Shown here piece by piece: positions 40,522 through 49,806 of a stretch of 64,000 nucleotides of DNA (position 1 is the first letter of the stretch; each line of letters begins with the position of its first letter). Origin of the DNA: Cyanobacteria bacterium J06626_4 (GTDB taxonomy: Bacteria; Cyanobacteriota; Cyanobacteriia; Phormidesmidales; Phormidesmidaceae); the NCBI GenBank assembly GCA_038523235.1, contig JBCBJQ010000006.1, positions 32,001 through 96,000 on the forward strand. Reading direction: 5' to 3'. The notes below the pieces were generated by a model. The model ran no database searches. It had not been told where the DNA came from and was given only the letters and a program-made list of their open reading frames with translations. Position numbers and translations under genes: made by a program.

Positions 40522-41528
40522 CCTTGCTCCTCCCCAAATGCGGGTGTGACCCCAAAGTTCATCCGTGCCAGTCCGCCTGGCGATAACCGCACCAGCCGAG
40601 ACTGGCTATTGTCTGCCAGTCGGTAAAGATTCGGAGCGAGGGTGTAACCTGGCAGGCTGGTCAGATCAAGCGTGCCGACGCGGTTCCCCGACAAGACGTT
40701 AATCACTGAGAACAGTCCATCCGGGTCAGTCAAAATCCGGTTGCCATCATCTAAAAAGACGATGGCGTTAGGCACACCCGGCTCACCGGCCTGCTGCTCG
40801 CCGTCAAAGTTTTTATCCACAAACACGCGGCCCACCAGGGTGCCACAGTCGGCCAAAATGCCGGGTCGAATCGCCAGCTCGTAGGTAGCCGTACTGCTTG
40901 CCCCAGGGGTGATCGCCTGCGCCACGTTACGCCCTGAGCCGCGCACCGCATCGGGGGTCGCTAAGGCCGCATAAACCACCGATAGTTCTTGCCCCGGCGC
41001 GAGTGAAGCACCGCCAAAATCGAGGGTAAAGGTGCGGTTACTGGTCGTCACATTGGTGAACTGCAGGGGGGTGGTGTTGACCGAGTCTTCAATGAACTGC
41101 ATCCCTAACGGCAGCTCGTCCACGATGGTGATCGGGCCAGCCGGCTGATCGGAGGGATTGCGTACCAGCAATCGATAAACGACCACGTCACCGGGTTCGG
41201 CAGCCCCCCGATCAGCAGTTTTGATGATGGTCAAAGCCGCTGATGAAGCGCCACTCGCCTGCAGAGTAGTCGGATTCGACTGCACCGATTGAACGGTTCC
41301 TGCGGCGTCAGTAAACTGCGCCCCAGCCTGGTTTTCAACATTAGTCGTTTGAGCATACGCCGGGGCAAAACCCCATCGAGGCGCACTGTTGGCCCAAGCT
41401 AGCACCTGCACCAGCAAAAACGCGATCGCAGCGACCAAAAAGTATTTGCTTTTACGAAAACCGGCTAGGCGCCTGAACAATTTCGCAATGCGATCGAGAA
41501 TGGAATTAATCCAAACAAGTTGCGACAT
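40518..41528 (-). CDS. DUF11 + SdrD-B-like adaptor protein
   Basis: Signal ending AYA-Q; LTIIKTADR..EPGDVVVY...DELP; GRVFVDKNFDGEQQAGEPG. Confidence 0.85.
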   Translation of the reverse strand: MSQLVWINSILDRIAKLFRRLAGFRKSKYFLVAAIAFLLVQVLAWANSAPRWGFAPAYAQTTNVENQAGAQFTDAAGTVQSVQSNPTTLQASGASSAALTIIKTADRGAAEPGDVVVYRLLVRNPSDQPAGPITIVDELPLGMQFIEDSVNTTPLQFTNVTTSNRTFTLDFGGASLAPGQELSVVYAALATPDAVRGSGRNVAQAITPGASSTATYELAIRPGILADCGTLVGRVFVDKNFDGEQQAGEPGVPNAIVFLDDGNRILTDPDGLFSVINVLSGNRVGTLDLTSLPGYTLAPNLYRLADNSQSRLVRLSPGGLARMNFGVTPAFGEEQG

Positions 41529-42634
41529 TCTTTTAAAGAGACAACGTCCACACCCTCACACCGCTTACCCTCAGAAAGCTGCAAAGCTTTCCTCGGAAGC
41601 GATCTTTACCTGACACACAACCATGATGGTAGATAGCTTGTCCGTGCCCATTCAGTAGCTAACGAACGAAACTAAACTTTTTGTCTCTAAGCGTATAGCA
41701 GAGACGCCAGTAAATATACCTCATAAAATCTCAGGCAAAAATAAATTCATTCTGATTACAGGGAAAATATCGTGTGAAAGCCAGCCCTATCAAGGTGGAT
41801 GGGGCACTTAATTTTTTTTAATCAAGCACTCTTGAACAGTGGAAAACCGCCCCAAAACGATCTGTTTGTGCTGATGCCGGGAGTAAATACAACGCTGAAA
41901 AATGCCTAAGCTGAAGCGTTTAGGGAGTCAAAAGTTATCTCGAAGAACGTTCAAAAAGGGATCGATTAGGGCTCGAAGCAAGTTTGAGTTTACCCACCCT
42001 AGAATCACCTCCAGCAAGCGCTGGTCGATGGGGCTCCAGCATGGCTTTGAAGCAGCGTCGATTACTCCGTTATAGCCGCGATGAAGTCAGCCACTGCCGC
42101 TTGCATTCAGGCAATGACTGAATGCAATACGCCTAAATTTCACCCCTGAACGATCGATCAACAAATGCGGCCAGAAGGTCACAAAGAACGATTTATTTCA
42201 CAAGTCGCCACAACTCCTAACTTTGGTGAGGACTTGCCCTTTTAGCTGGAAGCATTTGATGCACCAACTAATTTTAGAGGCTGACTCAGGCGGTCAACCG
42301 CCCGCCTAGCGGCCCGATTTTGTCTTAATCAATCAGCGCAATCATGAGGCCAGTGCCCGAGCGATCGCCTGCAATTCCTAGCATCCACTCATGTTTGCCC
42401 CAGCTTTATCAGCGCCGATCTGCCCAGATGATAGTCGTATTAGCGCCAGTTGGCACATTATCTAACATCCCAGTCGGGTTGATCTTGAGCGTTGTCTATA
42501 TCAATTTCTGTCTGTGAATTCGAGAAGCCTATCGTCACTGTCAGTGATCGAAATCAGTCCCCCTCAACCGGCGTGAATCGGACGCCCTGATCGACCTCGA
42601 CATTGCCCGCTGCCCACTTTCCGGCGATCGCCCA

Positions 42635-42716
42635 TAAAAAAAGTCCCTGATTGCCCTCTCCCCACTGGCGAAAACGCAGCAGGCTAAGGGCGGTCAGAGA
42701 CCGTGTTCAGGACTTT
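42635..42716 (-). terminator. Probable terminator after the cyclase operon
   Basis: AAAGTCC(C)TGA...TCAGGACTTT inverted repeat with a poly-T tract on the minus strand. Confidence 0.5.
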
Positions 42717-42721
42717 AGTGA

Positions 42722-43744
42722 TTAAACCGGGGCCGTGGGTTCAACCATGCGGGGATTCCAGCGAGATCGCGATTCCTCGATGTGCATGTTTTTCTCATCC
42801 TTTTTCAGATGTCGCGGGCTACTTTCAAACGAGAGAGAAGATGGCAACGGGTCGGTACCGTATTCTGCCTCGATGAAAGCAGATACGACTTCGTAACTAG
42901 GAGAAAACGGCTCGTCGCCTAGCTCAGACAACGCCGGGCTGGATTTCAGCGTGGCCGAAAATAACCCTGTACCATCATCAAAGAACCGCTCTGTGGTCGC
43001 CCCGTAATCCGCATAGGGATGGAACGCTAGATCCGCCGGGGCAATGGCCGCCACCCAGGAAGAGTAGATCCAATATTCGCCATAGGTGCCGAACTCATTA
43101 GCCGATCGCATCATCAGCTTGAGCCAGTGCTCAGTAGACCCGTAGTAAGCCTGCACTCGCTCGGCCATCGCCCGCAGATGCGACTGTTTGAACCACATGT
43201 GGTGGGGAATAAAGGTCCCCGCCGCGTCTGTGATGGGTTCCACCTTCAACACCGAGCGAATCCAATTAGCCCAGGTATCGACGATTTTGGCGTTGCCGGT
43301 TTCGTTACTCTGCAATAAAGCAAAAGTGTGCTGTACCGGGCCGCCAACCGCTTGAAAAATGGGCCAAGTTGCCACAGGCAGCAGGTCACTGTCCCACACC
43401 AAGTACCACTCGCTGAGCTCGGGAATGCCTTCGTAGGCTCCCAATTTCAACAACTGTTGGTAAAACCAGCCAGGGGTATACAGCGATTCCCCCAGATCCA
43501 ACTCGGCACAAATCGTGTCTTTAGAGAGGCCGACCCGATTAAAGAACGGCTCCTCTTCATGCACCACGATAGGGGCGGTTTGCCAACGTTTGGCCTGCTC
43601 GCGGAGCGGCTCAGCCTCAGTCGTTGGCGTAATGATATGGATAGTGCGGGGCTGATAATGCTGAGTCAGCCCCTCCATGACTGCCTGTGTATTCCACCTC
43701 ACTTTAAAGAGGGGAATCACAAAATCGAACGTTTCAGTTGGCAT
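42722..43744 (-). CDS. Glycosyltransferase-A-like hypothetical protein (DUF6492-like)
   Basis: DFVIP start, GWFYQQLLKL, YLVWDSD (DxD), FIPHHMWF, EYWIY. Confidence 0.6.
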   Translation of the reverse strand: MPTETFDFVIPLFKVRWNTQAVMEGLTQHYQPRTIHIITPTTEAEPLREQAKRWQTAPIVVHEEEPFFNRVGLSKDTICAELDLGESLYTPGWFYQQLLKLGAYEGIPELSEWYLVWDSDLLPVATWPIFQAVGGPVQHTFALLQSNETGNAKIVDTWANWIRSVLKVEPITDAAGTFIPHHMWFKQSHLRAMAERVQAYYGSTEHWLKLMMRSANEFGTYGEYWIYSSWVAAIAPADLAFHPYADYGATTERFFDDGTGLFSATLKSSPALSELGDEPFSPSYEVVSAFIEAEYGTDPLPSSLSFESSPRHLKKDEKNMHIEESRSRWNPRMVEPTAPV

Positions 43745-43747
43745 AGA

Positions 43748-45511
43748 TTATGCGATCGCCTCCGGCATCGACGACAACGCCTCGGCTTCTGCAGGCGTGT
43801 GATGTGCAATGGTGGATGGATCCTCTAAACCCACTTCACTACAGAGGGAATCGATGCCGCCCCCGGCCCGCGGATACTCAGCACAGATTGCCTGATATTC
43901 CGAAACGGCGATAATCAGCTCGTCCTGGGTCATCTCATTCAGGTAACCACACTGACCAATAGCCCCTTTCGGCAGAGGAGCCACTAGGTTGTTACCGCGC
44001 TTTTGCACGATTTTTTCTTGAGCGGCCCACATGAGGTCGCGCTCCAGCAGAATGTCGCTCCACAAGCTGAGACCAAAGGAGCTGATCAAGTTCATAATGC
44101 GCTCAAAATCAGCTTTGCTGATCCACTCATGGCGGTAGCTGACATAAGCGCCAAAACCCATGCCAATCGAGACTGCGTGGCCGTGGAGCAACCCGGATGC
44201 AATTTCAAATCCAGGGGACCAGGTATGGCCGTAGGCATGGGGACGACACTGGTGAGTTTCGTACAAGTTGTCATACTCGGCCTCAACGTAGCTGCGCATC
44301 GCCGCTCCTAAGATTTTCTGCGACAGTTCACCAATCGGTGCGTCCGATGGGCAATCTAAAGAGCCAAAGCGAGTGGTGACAAGTTCTGGGCCCGCCTGCT
44401 CTAGGTCAGCAAACAGCTCCGCATCCTTAACGACCGCCATTTTGATGATTTCCGCAACGCCATGACGCAGCCAGCCTTCCTTCAAGGTCTTGAAGAACGA
44501 GCGATCAGTAATGGAAAGCACTGGGGCGTGGTAAGCCCCAAACAGGTTCTTGTAGCCAAAGCCATCGCAGCAAGTCCGGGGTGAAGGCCCCGCATCAATA
44601 CCCGCCACAATCGAAGTAGAAAGCATCACGTAAGGCGTGTTGCGGTGATAGAGCGCACAGGCTAAACCGCCCGTATCGGTCAGCACCCCGCCGCCAATGA
44701 TCAGCACCGGCTCATTACGCGAAACGCCTAAGCGCTTGAAGTCGCCCAGCATCCGCTCAACGGTATGAATCCCCTTATCCACTTCCATCGCCCGGTAGAC
44801 CAGCTTGTCTAAGTGGATGCCGTGATGGGCAAAGTAATGTTCGACCTGTTCGCCGTAGAAGCGCTCAACATTTTGGTCAATTAGACAAACGCAGCGTCCA
44901 GCCGCAATATACGTGTCACGCAGAATCGGTTGCTGAGGGTCCAAGACGTTCTCGAGCACCCGAATGGAAGTGAAGGTACTGGCGGTCATGACGGCTTCGA
45001 CCGTTTGATCATTGTCAGTACTGACGACGTACCCCTTGCTGTGACGGTAGCTAGAGGTGGGATGAATCGCATGGGGGTCAGCCTCTACCAGATGCGCTGC
45101 TAGCTGTCGGTAGTAATCGCCCTCAGAACCTTGGATTAGCACCTGCAGCAGCTTTTCTTGACCGAGGGGTGATTGGCGAATTTGGTCAGCCCAGTTGGAC
45201 CAAATTGCCCCCACCGCCTCATCAAAGGCACCCAGCAGCTCTGACAGCAGGCTAGAAAATTGGCTCAAAGAACTATTGAGACAACTGCGCAGACGACGGC
45301 AAGCCGCAAGCCCCTCGATCGCATCCGCCATTGCAAACTCTTGCCCTAACTCCGGAGCAAACGCTGGGGCATTGATCAGTGCCAGCAACAGTTCTCGGAA
45401 GGGCGAACTCGAGAAAAGGTTTTCGGTGGTATGTTTTAAGTCTTTATCAACTAGGAATTGGCTGTCATACGCTGCGATAAAGGCTTTTACTGCCGAAGTA
45501 GTCGATGTCAT
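43748..45511 (-). CDS. Sedoheptulose-7-phosphate cyclase (DDGS/MysA-like) with N-terminal extension
   Basis: DHQS-superfamily motifs IGGGVLTD, GIDAG, KNLFGAYH, AEIIK, YGHTWSP, LLHGHAV. Confidence 0.88.
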   Translation of the reverse strand: MTSTTSAVKAFIAAYDSQFLVDKDLKHTTENLFSSSPFRELLLALINAPAFAPELGQEFAMADAIEGLAACRRLRSCLNSSLSQFSSLLSELLGAFDEAVGAIWSNWADQIRQSPLGQEKLLQVLIQGSEGDYYRQLAAHLVEADPHAIHPTSSYRHSKGYVVSTDNDQTVEAVMTASTFTSIRVLENVLDPQQPILRDTYIAAGRCVCLIDQNVERFYGEQVEHYFAHHGIHLDKLVYRAMEVDKGIHTVERMLGDFKRLGVSRNEPVLIIGGGVLTDTGGLACALYHRNTPYVMLSTSIVAGIDAGPSPRTCCDGFGYKNLFGAYHAPVLSITDRSFFKTLKEGWLRHGVAEIIKMAVVKDAELFADLEQAGPELVTTRFGSLDCPSDAPIGELSQKILGAAMRSYVEAEYDNLYETHQCRPHAYGHTWSPGFEIASGLLHGHAVSIGMGFGAYVSYRHEWISKADFERIMNLISSFGLSLWSDILLERDLMWAAQEKIVQKRGNNLVAPLPKGAIGQCGYLNEMTQDELIIAVSEYQAICAEYPRAGGGIDSLCSEVGLEDPSTIAHHTPAEAEALSSMPEAIA

Positions 45512-45988
45512 CACAAGTACCTGAAAAGACGTAGGCAACAATGAGCCAAGGCAAACAAAGATCACCTTGCTTTACGCAAATTAACACAGTCGCTCACATA
45601 AATCTTAAAAGAACATTACAGATTCGGGGATACGCCCAATGATACGGTGGTAGGTTAAGGGATAGTAAGGTTGTTCTGCTAATTTTTTCTGGTGCTAGAA
45701 CTTGAACTGGCGATCTATCAGCGCTCCATCTTCAATTACCCTGAGATGAGAATGCGAGTGTAAGAATCGAGGGCTTTACGCATTTGCATGGATTTGAGGA
45801 AACTGCCGATCGCCATTCCTTGACATCGGGCAGTGGGCAATCCCTGAGCAATCACGAGCGTTTTACTGAGTTGCCATGTTGAGCTCCTGATCGCATCATC
45901 GACTCGGTGAAACCCCTTTAACATTCCTCTCCATCCTCGTCATTTAGTCACGACAAACGTTTGGCGTAATCGGTTACAGCCTCTATCG

Positions 45989-47077
45989 ATGAGCGATCCT
46001 TCTCCCACTGACATTGCCTGGATGCAGCGATGTCGACAGCTTGCCAGCCAAGCCGCCGGCAAAACGTCGCCCAATCCTCTTGTTGGTTCAGTCGTTGTGC
46101 AGAATGGACAGGCTGTAGGCGAAGGGTTTCATCCAGGAGCGGGGCAGCCCCACGCCGAAGTGTTTGCCCTCAGAGCAGCAGGCGATCGCGCCCGTGGGGC
46201 CACGCTTTACGTCAATTTGGAACCCTGCAATCACACCGGTCGCACCCCGCCCTGCACAGCAGCGATCATTGCGGCCGGGATTGCCCGAGTGGTGATTGGC
46301 ATGATTGACCCTGACCCGCGGGTTTCTGGCGGCGGCGTGCAGCGGTTGCAGCAGGCGGGCATTCGCGTCACCACCGGGGTCGAAGAGAGCGCCTGTCAAC
46401 GCTTAAACGAAGCCTTTAGTCACAGCGTGATCCACCAGCGCCCCTTTGGCATTTTGAAATACGCCATGACGCTGGATGGCAAAATTGCCGCCACTGGGGG
46501 CCATAGCGCCTGGGTGACGAGTCCGGCGGCCCGCGCTTGGGTGCATCGACTGCGCAGTCAGACTGACGCCGTTATTGTGGGCGGGCAAACAGTGCGGCAA
46601 GATAATCCTCACCTCACGAGCCACGGTCAGGGCGATCGCTCGCCGCTGCGGGTCGTCATGAGTCGCACCCTAGAGTTGCCGGAGCAAGCGCACCTGTGGG
46701 AGCAGCAGACAGCAAAAACGCTGGTGTTTTGCGAAGCGGAGGCGGCTGCCTCGAAGCAACAGGCGCTAGCTAGTCAAGGCGTTGAAGTGCTGGCCTTGCC
46801 CAAGTTAGAACCTGCCCACGTCCTCTCAGTGCTGCATCAGCGGGGCCTGCGGTCGGTGCTATGGGAATGTGGCGGTCAGCTCTCAGCCCGTGCGATCGCG
46901 CAAAACTGTGTCCAAAAAGTCTGTGCGTTTATCGCCCCCAAAATCATCGGTGGCCCTGCAGCGCCGACACCCATCGGTGAACTCGGACTCACAAAAATGT
47001 CGGAGGCGATCGCCTTAACCGATGTCACCATCGAAGCGATCGCCTCCGACCTACTCATTCAGGGTTATGTGAACTGA
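45989..47077 (+). CDS. ribD: Bifunctional riboflavin biosynthesis deaminase/reductase
   Basis: PNPLVG, HAE, LEPCNHTGRTPPC, KYAMTLDGKIA, ECGG. Confidence 0.96.
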   Translation: MSDPSPTDIAWMQRCRQLASQAAGKTSPNPLVGSVVVQNGQAVGEGFHPGAGQPHAEVFALRAAGDRARGATLYVNLEPCNHTGRTPPCTAAIIAAGIARVVIGMIDPDPRVSGGGVQRLQQAGIRVTTGVEESACQRLNEAFSHSVIHQRPFGILKYAMTLDGKIAATGGHSAWVTSPAARAWVHRLRSQTDAVIVGGQTVRQDNPHLTSHGQGDRSPLRVVMSRTLELPEQAHLWEQQTAKTLVFCEAEAAASKQQALASQGVEVLALPKLEPAHVLSVLHQRGLRSVLWECGGQLSARAIAQNCVQKVCAFIAPKIIGGPAAPTPIGELGLTKMSEAIALTDVTIEAIASDLLIQGYVN

Positions 47078-47140
47078 ACTTCAGAGCGTGACTGAGTCCA
47101 CTTTCGCAGGGCTCTGCGCTCCCCAGAACCGACATTTTCG

Positions 47141-47197
47141 GCAAGGGGTGGGCAATACAAACCCCAGCGGCCGTGGCGGCTATTTAAAAGCCACGCC
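47141..47197. repeat. Dispersed REP/MITE-like composite repeat
   Basis: Similar to 49657-49717 (GGGGTGGGCAATACAAACCCC + GGCGGCTATTT..AGCCA). Confidence 0.5.
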
Positions 47198-47581
47198 CTA
47201 AACTTCGCGAAAGGGTTGAATGCGAAACGCCTGCTGCAGGGCATAGCGATCGAGATTTAAATGCTGCAGGTAGTCGATCAAGGCCGAGCGTAAATCATCC
47301 CGACTCTTCAAGCCTTCGATGCGGTGATCGACTTGCCCCTGTTGAAAAATCAGCAGCGTGGGCAACGTCGTGAGGCGATACTGATTGGCCAGCTTGAGAT
47401 TATCGTCGGCGTTGATATCAACTAGCCGCAGATTGCCGAGCCACTCATCTTGCAAACTCATTAGCAGCGGTTCGACCAGCCGACAAACCCCACACCAAGG
47501 AGCCCAAAAGTGGACGAGAACGGGAACCGGTGATCCCAAGACTTCAGCGTCAAAAGTCGATTCGTCAGTCGTCAAAGACAT
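47198..47581 (-). CDS. Thioredoxin, atypical WCGVC active site (TrxC-like)
   Basis: PVLVHFWAPWCGVCR, LPTLLIF. Confidence 0.88.
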   Translation of the reverse strand: MSLTTDESTFDAEVLGSPVPVLVHFWAPWCGVCRLVEPLLMSLQDEWLGNLRLVDINADDNLKLANQYRLTTLPTLLIFQQGQVDHRIEGLKSRDDLRSALIDYLQHLNLDRYALQQAFRIQPFREV

Positions 47582-48218
47582 AGGTTTGTAAAAGAGAGCA
47601 TAAAAAATTTACTTTTCATTTCATTGTATAGGAGTCGGGTCGGCATTATAGAGATTCGCAGTCACTTTGTCGGCGTCCGATAACATCATGCAAGTAACGA
47701 AAGATGAACTAAGTATTTGTACTCGTTAGGTTAGTGTTAGCGCCCTTAATCTTGATCCCCACCTGGTTTAGTGCCAATTGCGATGAGACTACAGCAGAAA
47801 GCTCACTGTACTGACCAGAGAAACGTAATGTATCGTTAAATTCTTTTCAGTTTGTTTCGATTTTGCTGAGAAAACCCTCCAGCGGGATCAAACAAAGTTC
47901 ACAGAGCTCAGTTGGCGGTACTTCCCTTGATCTCACCGCCTCGAGATCGCCCCGAATAATGTCCGTGGCCAGTCGGCAGGAGCAACTTCTCAGGTCAGGC
48001 CGGTGGAGATACGGTGATCGATTTTAGTGATCGCCCGCAGCCCACCCCTCGTGCATCATTGGGATCGTCATTCTCCTCAACGCAGATCAATTAGGAAAAC
48101 GCGATCGTCGTCCTCAAGGGATGACGCCTCTGGAGCATGAGCCGCTCGCCACTTGCGACCAGAGTCTGTCGTCCCGTATTGACGACATAATGAGGCTAGT
48201 TTTTTCGATGCATGGTTC

Positions 48219-49478
48219 ATGTCTGCTTCTACCCTGACGGCCTCCTCTCCCCTTGATCTTGATTACGTGCGATCGCACTTTCCAGCCTTAGCCCAGGGCT
48301 GGACTTTTTTTGACAACGCCGGTGGCTCGCAGATTCTGCGGCCCGTTGTCGATCGCATCACCGAATTTCTCTACGACTCCAACGTTCAGCTCGGTGCTTC
48401 TTACACAATCTCGCAGACAGCCACGGCACGGGTCGAGCAGGGAGCTGAGGCGATGGCGACGCTGATCAATGCCGCCGCCGCCGAAGAGGTTGTGCTGGGG
48501 CCAAGTTCATCAGCCCTGTTTAGAATTTTGGCCCACTGCCTGGGGCAAACCCTGCAGCCAGGGGATGAAATCGTGGTGACCAACTGTGACCACGAAGCCA
48601 ACATCAGCCCCTGGATGGAGCTGCAGCGGTTGGGCATCACGGTAAAAATTTGGTCCGTTGACCCTGATACGCTCGACCTCGCGATCGCTGACTTAGAGGC
48701 CCTGCTGACCTCACGGACACGCTTGGTCGCCGTCACCCATGTCTCTAACGTGCTGGGTACCATCAACCCGATTCGGCAAATTGCTGATCGCGTCCACGCT
48801 CACGGGACGCTGATCTGCGTCGATGGGGTCGCCTATGCCCCCCACCGCCGCATCGACGTGCAGGCGCTGGATGTCGATTTTTATGTGTTTAGTCTCTATA
48901 AGGTATATGGGCCGCACTTAGCGATGCTCTATGGCAAACGCGAGCACCTGTTGGCCCTGCCGGGATACAACCATTATTTTGTTGAGCCCACGGCGATTCC
49001 CTACAAGTTTCAGCCGGGGGGCACCAGTTACGAACTCAGCTACAGCGCGATCGCCATTCCCCAGTATTTGCAAACTCTGGCGCAGCATCATCGGGGACAA
49101 GATGCTGCCGATACAGCAACCGGCCAGCTTGATCAGGCGTTTGCGCTGATTCAAGATCATGAGGCCGCGCTGGCAGAACGGCTGCTGAGTTTTCTGCGCA
49201 GCAAACCCAACGTGCAGATCATCGGCTGTCCTGAAGCAGATGCAACTCAGCGAGTGCCGACAATCGCCTTCACCGTGAACGGCCTGGCCAGCGATCAAAT
49301 CCCACCGCAAATCGACCCCTACAAAATCGGTATTCGCTCGGGCCATTTCTACGCCCTGCGCCTGATCGAAGCTTTGGGCCTGCTGTCGCAAAACGGCGTG
49401 GTGCGCGTCAGCATGGTGCACTACAACACGCTGGCAGAGTGCGATCGCCTGATTCAACTGTTCGATGAGCTGTTCTAG
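48219..49478 (+). CDS. Cysteine desulfurase-like class V PLP enzyme
   Basis: FDNAGGSQ, DHEAN, HVSNVLG, VDGV, SLYKVYGPH, VRVSMVHYNT. Confidence 0.9.
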   Translation: MSASTLTASSPLDLDYVRSHFPALAQGWTFFDNAGGSQILRPVVDRITEFLYDSNVQLGASYTISQTATARVEQGAEAMATLINAAAAEEVVLGPSSSALFRILAHCLGQTLQPGDEIVVTNCDHEANISPWMELQRLGITVKIWSVDPDTLDLAIADLEALLTSRTRLVAVTHVSNVLGTINPIRQIADRVHAHGTLICVDGVAYAPHRRIDVQALDVDFYVFSLYKVYGPHLAMLYGKREHLLALPGYNHYFVEPTAIPYKFQPGGTSYELSYSAIAIPQYLQTLAQHHRGQDAADTATGQLDQAFALIQDHEAALAERLLSFLRSKPNVQIIGCPEADATQRVPTIAFTVNGLASDQIPPQIDPYKIGIRSGHFYALRLIEALGLLSQNGVVRVSMVHYNTLAECDRLIQLFDELF

Positions 49479-49656
49479 GGGCTGTGGTTCATTATTCCAA
49501 TAGTCGACAAACATCGAGTGCATGGAGCAAGCGCGGTCATGCCCGTCCCCAAAATGACTACACCGAATAGATGATGCGCTCGCTCTAAGGTTCACGGACC
49601 GATTGGCCAATTCGGGCGCTGTGCCCAGATCATAAACCGAGCGCAGAAACCAATTT

Positions 49657-49717
49657 TGTCAGGGTTGGGCAGTGCCCAACCTCGGCGGTTGGGGCGGCTA
49701 TTTTTGAGCCAATCCCC
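49657..49717. repeat. Dispersed REP/MITE-like composite repeat
   Basis: GGGTTGGGCAGTGCCCAACC palindrome + GGCGGCTATTTTTGAGCCA. Confidence 0.5.
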
Positions 49718-49806
49718 AACTGGGTGAGTGAGCTCGATTCGCTAAGGAACAAACCGAAAACTCCGCCCCCTGGCCCCACCGCTCCCTGACATGGTCAGCA
49801 GTCCGA

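Noticed and set aside
43748..45511. 3-dehydroquinate synthase aroB
   Set aside because: GHTWSP and the GIDAG/HAP context match sedoheptulose-7-phosphate cyclases rather than AroB (LNxGHTxGHA).
45512..47077. Functional link between ribD and the divergent cyclase operon
   Set aside because: Only adjacency supports it, and ribD is a core gene.
47705..47725. LexA box near the thioredoxin promoter (AGTATTTGTACT)
   Set aside because: The spacing is 2 nt too short for the consensus.
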